64,000 nucleotides of DNA from Adineta vaga (Eukaryota > Animalia > Rotifera). The notes under the pieces were generated by a model, which saw nothing but the letters and a program-made list of their open reading frames with translations, did not search any database and was not told the DNA's origin. Location of the stretch: positions 248,001 through 312,000 of the forward strand of contig CP075492.1 in NCBI GenBank assembly GCA_021613535.1, given 5' to 3'. Positions 12,301 to 27,300 of this stretch are shown in pieces. The translations under genes and the position numbers were made by a program. How positions within the stretch are numbered: position 1 is the first letter of the stretch; every line of letters begins with the position of its first letter.

Positions 12301-15300
12301 AGATCACCAGTTCGATAAAACAACATATCATCGATATAAATCACTGCTTTTGATGTTAAATCATTGCGTCCAAGATAACCAGCAAAGACGCCTACTCCTC
12401 CAACAAGTAGCTCTCCTTCTTGGTTTATCAATACACTTTGCAAATATTCATCCAGAATTATATGGCTGTAGTTTGGAAATGGTCTGCCGATAGGTACATT
12501 CTCGCTAGCCGTGCCTTGATGGATACGATGAACAGTAGAACCAACGGTGACTTCGGTTGGACCATACAAGTTCCACAATTCGATAGTGTGTTGAGCAATG
12601 CTCACTAGCAAGTGCATCAGCGTCAAAGTAAAAGGCTCGCCTAAATAAATACACAGCGATTTAGATAGCAATTGATATCTGTGGGAATTCACCTACCAGC
12701 ACAGCCAATATATCGTAGATGCTTTACAGAATTCTGTGCGCTCATTTCTTGTAAATAAGAGAAAAAACTTCGAAGCCAACTTGGAACAGTCGCAACAAAA
12801 CTTATTTCCTTTTCTTTCATCACATTGGCAAGATATGGAAAGTGCAGAATTCCACCTGGGTGTAACATTACTAAACCGCTTCCGGTTGTGAAAGCAGCGA
12901 ATATATCCTCCAGGTGAGCATCGAAAGAGCAACGGGCCATTTGCAATGTTATATCGCTTTTCTTCTTCATACCATTTCTCATCAATGAACAAATAAAATG
13001 AGCAATATTTCGATGCCGAATTTGAACCTAAAAGAAAGCAAAACAGATATTTACATCTCTTCCAGATCGAAACACTATGCATAACCAACCGCCTTTGGTA
13101 TTCCAGTTGAGCCACTTGTGCAAATAATGTATGCAATGTTATCTGGCGTAACTACGACGTTTGACAATTGATCAAAGTCTATGTTATTTTGAATGTCATT
13201 ATTACTCAATATTGAATCAACATTAACAACAATATTTCCATCATGTATCTTCTCTATTGTCAGCCAATGCGCAAGAATAAGATGACTTTGAGTTTGCTCG
13301 ACAAGTTTATATAAACGATCTTTTGGATCTCGTGGAGATAATGGACAATATACACCACCTACCATCTCAATTGCCATTATACCAATTACCTAAAATGAAC
13401 AAAGATCTCTCATTAAACATCAAGAGGCACTCTTCTCATTCATCAACTTACCATTGATATACTTCTCTCCACACATTGACAAATAATATCACCAACATTT
13501 ACACGATATTCATTCAATAGAGTCAAAGACAATACTTGAACATAATATAACAGTTCACAATATGTCAACGACTGTTCATCTAGTTCCACAGCTAACTTTT
13601 GTGAATAGATCATCGCTTTAGAAACAAACTCATGATGAATGCATTTGACAGATGGATATGATATTTGTGTATTATTCATTGATTGTACAAGTAATTGTTC
13701 AGTTGGTAGTGTTAATGATAATTCATACAGTGGTTTCTTCGATTGACTATCAATAATAGATGCACATAGATCATACAACAGTGAATGAAATTGTTGTGAA
13801 ATCTTATTCACAGTTTCCACGTGAAACAAATCCAATGATGCATCGATTGTACATGAAAGTTCATTAGGATCCAAAGTATGATGAAAAGTGAGAATAAAAT
13901 CAAATTTACTCATCACTTCATCTTCACTAATCTCAATCGAATATGGTGCTAAAATAAGTTCATTATCACCAAGATTTACTTTGTCTTGATCGTCATTTGT
14001 CATCGATGTTATAAACTGGAATGATGTATCAAGAAATGCAGGATTTGATAGATGAGGATGTTGTGCAAGAATACGTTGAAGTGGAAAATATGAATATTTC
14101 ATAGTATTTGTCATCAAGACTCGCATTTGTTGAGTGAATTGATGAAACGAAGAATGAGGATCAAGTTGACATCGAAGAGGAATAGCATTGACAAACATTC
14201 CAATTAGAGATCTAAATTCATCTCGATAACGTCCATCTGTATTTATTCCAATACAAAGATCTTGTTCTCCATTAGTTAATTTGAATAAAAGAATAAAATA
14301 AATTGTGAGTGCCAAATACTCAAGTGAAATGTTATTTGTCGATGCATATGTAAGAAAGTAATGTGAAAGATCTTGTCCAAAATCAAACGAAATAGATGTT
14401 CCACGACCAGTTCGATGTTCATTTGCAAGACGATATCGATCATATGGTAATGAAAGAGATTGATCAAGTTTACAGTCATGGAGAGTATCAAGCCAAAACA
14501 TTTCTGCACCAGTCATTGACATTCCTCGTTCGATAGCAGCATCTACATAGAAGAACAACGATGAATGACATATGAGAAAGAAAAAGTGCGATGTTGAAGA
14601 TGTATACTTACAATCAAGATATCGAATATTCATTTCATCATCATTGTTGTTGTTATTGCTAAGTAATTCACCTGTTGTATATACTTGATTAAGATCATGA
14701 AGAAAGATATGCATTGATGGAAAATCAAATGCTGCATGATGAAAATTGAAGATGATTATATCTTTATGATGAAGTAGATGATCGGAAGAGATGTGTTTGT
14801 AATAGACAAGATGACATCGAAAGACAAGACCTTGAGTAAGATTGAAGAGTTGAGGATTTCGTTTTTCTTCATGTATGATATTGTTGAGTTGTTGTTGTGT
14901 TTCATAAGTACTCTCAATAAATGTAAATAATGTCTTTTGATCTGTGGTAATGTCTATGATTCGTTGCATCAATATATTTTTATCTTTGTCGAAAATGAAT
15001 GCTGTATGAAGTGCAAGATGTTTGCTGATAGTGAGATCGAGTGCATGTTGAAGTTGTTTGACTGATATAGTATTGTTTGTAGAAAGGTGATAAATGAAAG
15101 GCATGTTATAGATTGCTATTTGTGGATGATCAGGATCGAATCGTATTTGTTCGTCAAGCCAAATGCGAGCTTGTGCATATGATGCTGGTGCTAGAATAAT
15201 TGTGGTTTGTTTTGTGCATGTAACAATAAAAGCACGAATGATGTGAAGGATATGATAGAACATTCTCTCTACTTGTCATGGTATTCTGCCATGAGTCGTA

Positions 15301-18300
15301 TATATAAGTTCATGATGCTTGAGTCATTTGTATATGATGAAACTTCGTGAGCCATATACGTGTGACTAGGATTAGTGTATGAAGGAGAGTGTGTATGTTT
15401 AGTTGGGACATCATCGCTTATTTTTCATCAATAATAGAGGTAGATAAGCTCAGGGTCATGAACCGAATTCAAATGAACTAAAGAACTGATGAGATAGCTC
15501 ATTTGAGCGAACTAAACTGTACAAACAGTTCTTTTCAACAAACTGAACTTTTCAACTAGTTCAGTTCATATGAAATCAGCTCTATCATGTCCTACACTAG
15601 GGAGATACCCTAGGATCCTCTAGTCCTATACCAGGCGGTTTCCTCAATTTCGAACTGAGGGCATCCATCTGATATAGCATACACGGACTCAAGGGTATCG
15701 CCCTAATATAGCATATGGGGGATTTAAGATTGTCTCTCTGATATAGGACATGATACAGTTGAGCTCATGTGAACTGTTAGAATAGTTCAGTCGCAAGCTG
15801 AGCTGTTTGAAAAGGTGGAAGGTTGTGAGCTAAATTCGAACTTTGCCTATCCCTAATCAATAAGCTTATGTCTCATAACGTTCTCTTACACGCAGACTCA
15901 GTATTTGTGCAAGTGGTAGCTTACTACTGTATTCAAAGATTAGTTGTGGATAAAGAACAGAAAAATGGAAGTATTCTAGATAACTGCAAAGTTACACAAA
16001 AAACACTTTCTAGAAGTCTGCAATATATGTAATACTTAATGCAATTTTTTCTTGAATACTGTCATAAAAGTACAAATTGAATTCTATGACGAGTAGTGAT
16101 CAGTTTAGTTTCAATTTCTTTGGAGAAAATATTTTATCATACCTCTGTTGCTACTGTGAGTTCCACTTATCTCTTCATACCCTTAACTTAGATAGTGAAT
16201 AAATTAAAAATGCTCTAATGAAAACAGAAGAAAGAATTTGTTCTCTATCAAAAATAAGAAAATTAGATAACATTTCTTTTTTGGAAACTCGTCAATTAAT
16301 CAACAGAATGACGACTATATAGCTTTTATAGTTGCGGTGGCTAACTCTCGATGCAACTCGACATATATTGTTAAGAAAGTATATTCAAACGACACTGTCA
16401 TCATTTATGGAATAAATCTCAGTGGATTACGAACACCAAACGTGTGTCGAATAAGCCACTTCTAATGATTCTCACGTCATCCTATCGCCCACAATGCAAG
16501 CCAAGATATTCGCAAAAATGAATGAAGATGACGCCGTCTTTAAAAGGCAAAAAGACTGCAGAAACCAATTGCATATGGAAATCATTAAAATCAAAGTTAA
16601 CACATACCTAAGATAAATGTATAGGTCATTATTAGTAATATGGGTCATCAACAACAATAAAATTTTAATCACAACAAGACAGAAACCTACCTTCACTTGT
16701 GATATTTGATTGTCGATCAAATATAACATCATCGATTTCCTTAGCTTCCTTCGCCAATATAAGATCAAGTTTCGATACAGCTGTCCCACACATGTTCACT
16801 TCATCCACTATTCCATTCGATACAAACAATTGTTCAATACAATATGAAAATCGTCCACCTATATCTGTAACAGTTCCATCATCAAATAAATCATGAGAAC
16901 ATATCAAATGCAATGATAATCGATTATTTTCTAATGTTGGATCATAAATAAATGTTAGCATAAAATCAAATTTAGCTGCTTCATTCGATTGCTCTAACAT
17001 TACTGGCTCTAATTTTGTATCATTCATCGATAAGTAACTCTCACTTTCAGATAATGTGATAAAATTAAACATTATTTCCAAAAAGTTAAGATTCGATTGG
17101 TTGGCATGAAAGTCATTAAGAATATGTTGAAGTGGATAATGAGAATGTTTAAGTATTGATAAACACATTTCTCTTACAGAATGAACAACTTCATCAAATG
17201 ACCAATCTCCATTGAGTTGAATACGATATGGTAATGTTGCTACAAACATTCCTATCATATTATACAATTCAGATCGATATCGATTGGCATTTATACTACC
17301 AACACATAAATCAGTTTGATTGTGAGATAATTTAAATAGAAATACATAAAATATCGATAGTCCAAGTTGAAAAAATGTAAGATGATGTGATGATGCATAG
17401 TTTAGAAATGATGTACATGTAACATCATTTAGTATTATTTGAGTTGTAGCACCTAAGCCAGATCGATGATGAATTGATGAACGAGATCGATCATATGGTA
17501 ATGATAATGAATGTTGAAGATCACATCCTTGAAGTTGAGAATACCAAAACTCACGAGATAAGGTCATATCCATGACATGTTCATGAACAGAATAATCAAC
17601 ATATTGAAATGAATTGTCATCTAGAGATAGCGAACTATGATCTTGATAAGCAAGAGAAAGATCACGAATAAAGATTGATGTTGATGCACCATCAAAGAAA
17701 GCATGATGAACAGTAAATAATATTAAATCATCTCTATTCAACATATCATCTTCTTCATTTGAACTGTGTGTGTGAGAACGAAGAATATGACAATTAATGA
17801 CATGTCCTTTTGATAAATCAAATAAATCACATTTATTCAAGATTCTCTTCACAATTTCATTCATATCGCCATCTTCTCTGGAAACATTCACTATTGAAAA
17901 ACCAAATGTTTCACTATTATTGCTTAAAGTATTCATATCTCGACAATCTTGTACAATAATACCATTTTGATCAAGATAAAGTGCTGTTCTCAGAATCTGA
18001 TGTTTTCTAATGATACATTGATATGCATGATATAATCGTGAAATTGATATATGATGGTCATTTATCGATGATAGACGATATATTAATGGAATAACATACA
18101 TATTTGTATTGTTATCTGTCGAAGAAGAAGAAGAAGAAGAAGAAGAAAATCGAATATTTTCATCTAAGAAAATGCGTTCTTGAGCAAAGGATGCTTTCGC
18201 TAAAGTGAGAAATAGAATGTGGTTATTAGAGTATTTTTGAGATTATATTTGTTACCTGTAAGGATATTTAATGAATGCCAAGAATGATCATCTTTACTCA

Positions 18301-21300
18301 ATTCGGTATTGAGAATCTGATGAATAAGTTTTGCATGATCAATGATAGTTGGATGTTGAAATAGATCAGTAATAGCAATGGAATTTATTTCTAATCGAAA
18401 TTCTACTTTATAGTGATGTAGAAGTTGCATAATAATTAATGAATGGCCACCAATAGAGAATATGTTTGTATTAGTAGAGATTTGTTTTTGTTTCAATAGA
18501 TCACACCATATATGATGAATAATAGATTCAATTTTATTTGTTGGTTCTACTAAATCGTTAGTATTGTTGAGTTTAGTTGAAGAGAGAACAAGGGAATCAG
18601 GTGAGGGCAATCGTTTTCGATCAATTTTTCCATTTGGATTGAGAGGTAATTTATCAAGAATAATGAAATAAGATGGAATCATATGCGGTGGAAGATGTGA
18701 TTGACAATATTCATGTAATTCTTTTTCACTAACGACTGAACTTTGAACATAAGCAACTAAATGATCTTCACCCCATTTCACCACAACACAAGTAGATATC
18801 GATGTAATACTAAGTAGGCATCGTTCAATTTCACCAAGTTCAATTCTTTGTCCATGTAGTTTGATTTGAAAATCTTTTCTTCCTTGATAATAGATACGAC
18901 CATTATGGTCTATTTTGACAATATCACCAGTTCGATAAAATAAGACATCATTGATATATAGTACTCCTTTTGATGTCAAATCATCGCGTCTAAGATAACC
19001 AGGAAAGACGCCAACTCCGCCAACAAATAGCTCGCCTTCGTGGTTTATTACTACATTTTGTAAATATTCGTCGAAAACTCGATGGCGATAGTTGGTCAGT
19101 GGTCCACCTATTGGGATATTATCAGTTTCCACGGTGTGATTCAGCAGGTGAACAGTACAACCGATGGTTGCTTCTGCTGGACCGTATAGGTTCCAAATGT
19201 TACATTGCAACATATTAATGTTGAGAATCAAATGTATTAGTTTGGAATTAAATGGTTCTCCTGTGAAAAAATAAAATCGGATTGGGTAAAATATGTCAAC
19301 TGACAGATGGAGCGGCGCGGCTAATGGTACATTGGGAGATATTTTCGCAGAAATATAAAGTGCCGACATATACTGACGTGTAACAAGTACGACTTTTTTT
19401 CCAGGAAGGATTCGTTAAGGAATGCGTTATGAAGTTGGTAACATTGGCTCTCAATACAACTTGGCGAGTTCTATTAATTCCAGAAAAATATTTCCACAAA
19501 GTCTGCTTCTTGTTTTCAAAAAGACTCGAAGAAGTGCAAAATAACACCGCAAAAATGTTAAAATTTCACAAAAACCTGGTCTTTTTCGCGTGTCTAGTAG
19601 CGGAACTGATTTCAATGATGGTTGCAGATGGAGCTTGAGGAGATCTATTGGTTTCGTCGATGATAATTTTACTCTTCGTGTGAAACCACTCAGATGACTC
19701 TTGAACTATCGAAAATAGCAATGAAATATGTGTTAGTTTAATTGGAATCATGACTTGTGTGCAGTAGTCTACTGCACACAAGTCATGATTCCAATTAAAC
19801 CAGTGTGTGAGTTAAAACTGTTTTTTGAAAAGTTATAACCTTCAACTGTAGTTATAAACTTTAACCAGAGTTATAAGTATGGACGTGTTTAGAACTTCGA
19901 ACATTATTAGCTTTATGATGTTTATGAGTTAATTTAATTGAATCGAAATAGTAACTACTGCGGTCTCTAGGTTTGTTTAGCTCAATCAACAAAAATACGA
20001 GTAACAATATGTGAGCTAAGACATTTTTTCGAAAAGTTAGAAGTTGAGAAAAATCAGAAAAGTTGAAACGGTTATAACTGAGGTTATAACTATCAACCAT
20101 GGTTATAACCTTCAACCAGAGTTATAACTTTCAACCCTAAGTTATAACTCTAGATTATAGTTATAACTAACAACTAAAGTTATAAATCGCAAAAGTCACT
20201 AGTGGATACATAGAAAAAATGCATTTTTGCATTATTGGTTCCACTCCGATTTATGTATATAGAAGAAACGACAGTGTAAGTTACACATAAATAAGTTTAA
20301 AGGTTATAAAAAGAAATCTGATAATTATGGCTTTTTAAATAGAAGATCTAGAGAAAATAGTAGTTCTTTAAAAATTTCTGTCACATATAACAATAAGCTG
20401 AAGTTATTCTAGTTTTAATATAATTAAATTAGTTCATAGACATCATAAAGCTAATGATATTCGAAGTTCTAAACACGCCCATACTTATAACTCTGGTTAA
20501 AGTTTATAACTACAGTTGAAGGTTATAACTGCGGTTAAAAGTTATAACTCGAGTTATAAGTCGGCCAGTTTTAACTCCCACTATGGCTGTAGTACAGAAA
20601 AACGTGCGATTTTAGGTGTCTGGGATGGTTGAGGGTGTGGATGAGACTGGATGGAGGCTGAAAATATTATGAGTGGAATCGATAGATCTCGTCGAGCTTA
20701 ATCTGTAACCATCGTTGAAATCAGTCTCGCTACTACAGAGGCGAATTAGACCAATGTTTTGTGAAACTTTAACATTTTTCCTAGATGAAGGAGAGATTTT
20801 GTGCAAATATTTCTCTAAAATCGATAGAGCCCGCCAAGTTGTAGTGGGAACCAGTATGACCCAATATAGACAGTGGCGCAACCAGGGGGGGGGCGGGCAA
20901 ATGGGCAATTGCCCATTCCATTTTGAGCTTTGCCCACTCAAATTTTACTTGTTAAAATTGATATATTGATTTATGAGTTAGATAACAACTACATCTTTTT
21001 CGTGTTGATTTTGACATTTTGTTTCAAATATAAATGTTGCAAAACATCAAAAATATGCCAATAATCATTCGACTTAAGCCCGAAATTTCTGTATACCGCA
21101 GTTTCTTGTTAGAAAAACGTTATCTCGTTTCACTATGTTTATGCTCTACTGAGCGTTTTTCGCATATTGATAAGACAAAATTATTAGGCCCGTCGATAAA
21201 AAGCCTACCCATTGTGGCCATTGTCTTTTTCTTACGTAAGAGAAGTTTGCCCATTGGCCTAAAAATCCTGGTTGCGCCACTGAATATGGAACGTATATCG

Positions 21301-24300
21301 AAACGAATTCGTCTTAAAAAAAGCCAAATCCCGCCTTGAGCTATTCTACGTAGAGTGCGGTTTTTGAAAATGATACTAAATACAGTCGTATTGTAACAGT
21401 AGGTGATCCTCTGATCCCTATCGATTGACCTACAATCGGAATGGGAGTGCTGCGCAAATACGGATACAAGTAATGCTCATCCTGTGGATTTGCTGACCCT
21501 TTTCTGAAAGAATTATAATAATGATCAATGCATTCATATTCTCTAAGTAACTGTCATTCAGTAGACAGTTATTCTTAGCATCTACTGTCATTTTGTCTTA
21601 TGGCTTCATGTAAATGTTCTTTGGTAACACGACAACATTTAGAAACATTGTTTTTGTGAGTTTTAGAATATTTGCACTTTACAAACAGAAACCGATAATA
21701 GAAGGAGAGTGATGATTAGTAAGCAAAAATTTACACATAAGAACAATTTGATAACAAAAGATGATTATTGCTGAGAGCAAGTTTAGCACTCAATTTATTT
21801 TCGTTAACTAACCGTTAGAAAGCGCATAGTAGATTGTGATTTATTCTATGCGCCCTGAAAAATAGAGTAAGAATCAGAGATAAGCTCGGTTCGTGTTTTT
21901 CAAAATTTGAACCGAACCGAAAGCGGAATCTGAAAAAGTAAGCCGAATCGAGCCGAAACCGAGATTTTTTAATTTCAACCGAACCGAAACTGATGTAATT
22001 TCAAAAAGCTAAAACCAAACCGAATCGAACCGAATTATATGCTCAAAACGTTTACTAATTTATAGATAAAAGTACTTAATATTACTGGCGATTTAGTCGT
22101 GTCATTTGTACAGGTAATCTCAATTTAAATGTACATTAATACAAGTTTGGTTAATTTATTACACTTTTATTTATTTCACTTTCAAAATAGTAAACTATTT
22201 AAAGATACGTCATACAAAAAGAACAAAAAACAACCCAGGACACGGCGTTGTATAACAATACTTACATGACATAAATGTACAGGGTCGGAAAGAATATTTT
22301 TCAAGGGGGTAACCATATAATCCCGAATAGGAGATATGATGAATTTTATACCAAATAAAAGCCCGTGAAAAATGGGACATATAAATATGACTAGCCGTTC
22401 ATAAAATAAGAATGGGCTATAGAAATAAGGCAAGTTTCAGACTTTGATGGTATACTTATACCTTTTTGCTGATGATTAACTAAAAAACATAAAAGTGTCG
22501 GAAACTAATTTCGTCTTTTGAGTGGTGTAACATATCCCGCAGATCGGGGATGCACCCTCATCTCCCTCAGGAGACGAGCTGGTCTCTGGTGGGAGATGCA
22601 GCATTTTGGGCGGGATATGCAGTTATCTCCATCAGGATACGCACCCTCACTCTTCAATATGCACATATCCCGCACAAAATGCTGCATCTCCCGCCGGAGA
22701 CTAGGTCGTCTCCTGAAAGAGATGAGGGTGCGTCTCCAAAATGCGGGATATGTGACACTGCTGCGTCTTTTCAACTTTGTAGAGTTTTTCATGCTGATCA
22801 TTTTAGTAAAAAATGTTTTCTAATTTCATTGATAAATAACAGTTCTAGAGTCGAAAAACCCACACATCTATTAAGCTTATTAATGAGAGCAGTATGATGT
22901 TTTCAGTATTTTGACTCTAGAACTGTTACCCAGAACGAACAATCCGACAGTCGGATCTCGTCGGATCCTATGGGGGAAGACATCGGACTTTCTCGGCTCC
23001 GATAGGAATTTGTCGGAAAGCGTCGGAATCCTTGGTACAGGAATCCGACCGGAAGTTGTCGGATGTCGGAAAGTGTCGGACATGTTGGGGATCCTGTCAG
23101 AACCCTGTAAAACCAACACTTTCCGATATCCGACAGCTTCCGATCGGATTCCTGTACCAAGGATCCGATGCTTTCCGACAAAATCCCATCGGATCCGATG
23201 GGGAAGCTTTGACCTGGGATATTTATCAATGAAATTAGAAAACATTTTTTACTAAAATGATCAGCATGAAAAACTCTACAAAGTTGAAAAGACGAAATTA
23301 GTTTCCGACACTTTTATGTTTTTTAGTTAATCATCAGCAAAAAGGTATAAGTATACCATCAAAGTCTGAAACTTGCCTTATTTCTATAGCCCATTCTTAT
23401 TTTATGAACGGCTAGTCATATTTATATGTCCCATTTTTCACGGGCTTTTATTTGGTATAAAATTCATCATATCTCCTATTCGGGATTATATGGTTACCCC
23501 CTTGAAAAATATTCTTTCCGACCCTGTAGTGTAGGAGACGGAGCAGATTGATGATCATCATTTGAATCAGAAGAAGAATCAAGATCAATATTATTATGAA
23601 TATTTGCAGCAGGAGATATATTCATGTTCGATAAATTTTACATTTAACAAGTAATAAAAGAAACAATCTATATGATTTTCTACATTTGAAATATAATTGG
23701 TTTATTTACTTCTGAATTTTCGTTGACGAACATGGACGAGAAGGTATAGCTATATTGTCATTGCTACTTACGACATCTTTTTTTGTTTCTTATTGTATAT
23801 ATATCAACACGCGATTATACAGATCACATCAGTTCGACTTAAAACTGAACCGAACCGAAACGCACCCATCTCTGGTAAGAATGTGCGATTATATGTGTTT
23901 ATTTTTATGGAACATTTAAACACCTAGCTTTCATATTCAAGCACTCTCAACTGATCGATTTTTCTTATCACATCGATAAGCTAATGTGAATAATTTAGTC
24001 TTTTTATAAATCGACTTTGTCAACCTACTGGCAACTTCAAATAGAACATCAGGTTAGAAATCACGTATCGAAGGGTACCTATTTTTTGGTGAACATAGAG
24101 GCAAACTAATCAATACAAGTCAGTAGCATCGGATAATGAAATATTGCAACAAAATTCGTTGATGCTTATATAAATTCAAATAAACTAGTAATTCTACTTC
24201 AAGAAACAACTACACTTAGAAGGACATATTATTTCATCTACACTCTTGAGTTCACATTGACCGTCAATTTAGAAGTCGAATAAAGTTTCATAGTAACTCA

Positions 24301-27300
24301 AAGCCGATTCGACATTGATGGTTCATGGGAGGGGCAAGTCGTTCGTCGACCTCTCTTTGGTCGACCACTTACGGCTAGCCACTCCAATCCATACCATATT
24401 TCTTCTATTGCTAGTTTCAATAATACTATCTCTCATATCTGATAGATTAACGATCAGCTGCTCTTTTTTTCTTACGTTCTTAATGGCGATTTTTTAATTG
24501 ATGATTTGTGTAAATTATTTATAAGATGAATTGAAAATGAAGCATAAATATCCTGTTCAATTTAACTAACAGCAGTCTAAAGCATTGTGTCGATGTGAAC
24601 GTTAATGCTAGACGTTGACATAACAATCTACAGTACCTTGCACAGTGATTTGGAAAGCCTTCGAAATTTTTCAATGAAAAATTTTCAATAGAGCGACCAC
24701 TCACGGCTAGTCGCTCCAGCCTCAATCTCTACTTTTATTCTAATTCCAAAATGGACGAGAGTTTTCAAACAACGCTATCCTGGTTCGAATAATAGGAATC
24801 GATCGCGAAGATAGATGAGCTGTTTTAACTTATCCACCCTAAAAATAAACTTTGTTGTACTCACATCAGTATAATGCTGCAAAAACATATGCATTTTGTA
24901 ACAGCAGTCACCGATTAGAAAGTACGACGGGCATTTTGATTTATTTACATCTTTTACAAAGCGTTATGCAAACCTTATGGAATTCTACGTAAACATCTCT
25001 TTTATTATTTTACATGGATTATAATTAAACTGAATTAATTGTCTGCTAATGTAGTTTCTCTAAAAACTTGACTTATCTATACAGTTTGACAGTAGGTATT
25101 TACGTATTAATGTTGCCTCCAAGTACACTTCCGTTTAATTAAGTTCAAAAATCGAAATACTGAATCACTTCTAGTGAATTGCAGTGATGTAACATCCTCA
25201 TTCTAGCGGCGTAACCCGGTTTTCAGTCTGGAGGGGGCTCAGCCCCATACATTATTTGAGACTGATCGAAGATAGGGTAACTTTCATCTATTTTGTAATC
25301 ACACATGGTGCTTGCCTTATCTTTATTAATATATTTCTGGAGGGGGCTCAGCCCACCCCAGCCCACCCGGTGGTTACGCCACTACCTCATTCTCAAAATT
25401 TTTTCAAAAAAATAACTTCAGATTCGAGTTGCTCGACCCCGAAAACCCTTGCGTCAATCACTTCCGGATACGTTTTCATTGATTTACGGAATGCTGTTTT
25501 TTGATTGGTTAGGATAGACAGACAAACTTTTTACATTTGCAGCCCAGGATTTGATCGCGATATAACCCTTTCTTTCAGAAAAGGTAATAAATCCACAGTA
25601 CAATTTCTACTCTTATTTATGCATTGCTGAAGCACCCCCAAGAGTTAAGCACAAATGAAGAACTACAAGTAATTGTGACAAGATTAGTAAATATTCCATG
25701 GTGGAGAATAAGTACTTATAAAATAATTATGAAATACAGGTAAAGGAAACATTGTTTTACCTTCAATATAATTAGTATTATTCATGTTTGGTAACGAAAG
25801 ATTTATCAGTGTGAATCCAGAAAGGATCTTTCTAAAGAAATAAAGTAGTTTCTGTAAGATACTGATTAATCCATTTCCGCTTGAAAAAAATACCATGTTT
25901 TCCATTGCGTTTTTCTCCTCGCAAAAAGCTCTCCTCATACATTTAATATTTTATCTTTCTTGCGTGTTCTTGTCACAATTAATAAGTTATTTATCCAATA
26001 TACGAAGTACTAACATGGTATTAGCAAATCTCCAGCAATATGTTGATGGTACTCCTTCAATAATACTTGTTTTTGTAAATATGAAAGATAGTTTCACTTA
26101 TAAAAATTAGATTAACAATCATAATGATATTAAACCATAAGGCATTCTGTTAAAACTAAGACATAATCCTATCAATTTCTCTAATAATTGATCTAAGAAA
26201 AAAAACCTCCACTTATTCTTTTGTTGTGCTTCACTTGAGGGTGCTCATCATTCTTTGCGCTCATTGTTCGATTTCCCCCAAAAATCATCTGCTTTGACAA
26301 AACAGCTGTTAGAGTAACCATACATCAGCTGTACCCCGTCATCTGAGCATTTATATACCGATCCACTTACCAATACTGCAAAGTGATCGAAGATATTTTA
26401 CAACATGGCCCATGTTACATTTGTTGATAAAAGTGAAGAAATGAAAAAGCAAACTTGGAACAGTGTGCATATATGTTATTTGTTTGTTGGATAATACTTT
26501 CGATAGATAATCAAAATCAATAGTTCCTTGTGGATGAAGCATAACTAACGAAGCACCCTTTGATAAAATACCAAGTATCTCTTGAACATGAATATCGAAT
26601 GAACATCGTGCCATTTGTATTGCAGTGTCATATTCGTTGAATGAATTTATGAAAGTCAAAGAATGCATACATTCATCGAAATTTCTATGACGAATTTGGG
26701 CCTATAAAGGAAAAGAGAAAGATTAATTCAACAACAAGAAACAGGCAATAAGCAATAACGAACCGCTTTCGGTACTCCAGTTGAGCCACTTGTAAAAATG
26801 ATGTAAGCAATATTTTTTGGTGTTACTACAATGTTTGACAATTGATCACAGCCAATATTATTTTGATTGTCATTATTAGTTAATATTAAATCAACATTCA
26901 CCACGATTGTTTCATTATGTATCATAGTCTTTGTTAACCAATGAGCAATAACAAGATGACTTTGAGTCTGCTCGACAAGTGTATGCAGACGATATGAAGG
27001 GTCTCGAGGTGATAATGGACAATATACACCACCTACCATTTCTATTGCCATTATACCAATTACCTAGAATGAACAACAATTTCTCCTAAATTCTAAGAGA
27101 CACTCTTCTCATTCATCAACTTACCATTGATATACTTCTCTCCACACATTGACAAATAATATCACCAACATTTACACGATATTCATTCAATAGAGTCAAA
27201 GACAATACTTGAACATAATACAACAGTTCACAATATGTCAACGACTGTTCATCTAGTTCCACAGCTAACTTTTGTGAATAGATCATCGCTTTAGAAACAA

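Larger units (their letters stand above)
19390..21325. mobile_element. Old diverged foldback element hosting younger MITEs
   Basis: About 19390-19680 is a diverged inverted copy of about 20665-20870 plus 21290-21325 (TACAACTTGGCG / CGCCAAGTTGTA; CTGATTTCAA / TTGAAATCAG). Confidence 0.55.
22280..23526. mobile_element. Tc1/mariner-like foldback MITE
   Basis: TA|CAGGGTCGGAAAG...CTTTCCGACCCTG|TA with near-perfect arms of over 300 bp once the nested insertions are removed. Confidence 0.85.
21875..23874. mobile_element. hAT-like non-autonomous element (outer host of a nest)
   Basis: CAGAGAT...ATCTCTG termini, AACCG subterminal repeats, perfect 8-bp TSD GTAAGAAT. Confidence 0.8.

Noticed and set aside
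22505-23255. Cluster of overlapping 100-120 aa ORFs on both strands
   Set aside because: By-products of GC-richer palindromic MITEs, with no protein motifs.
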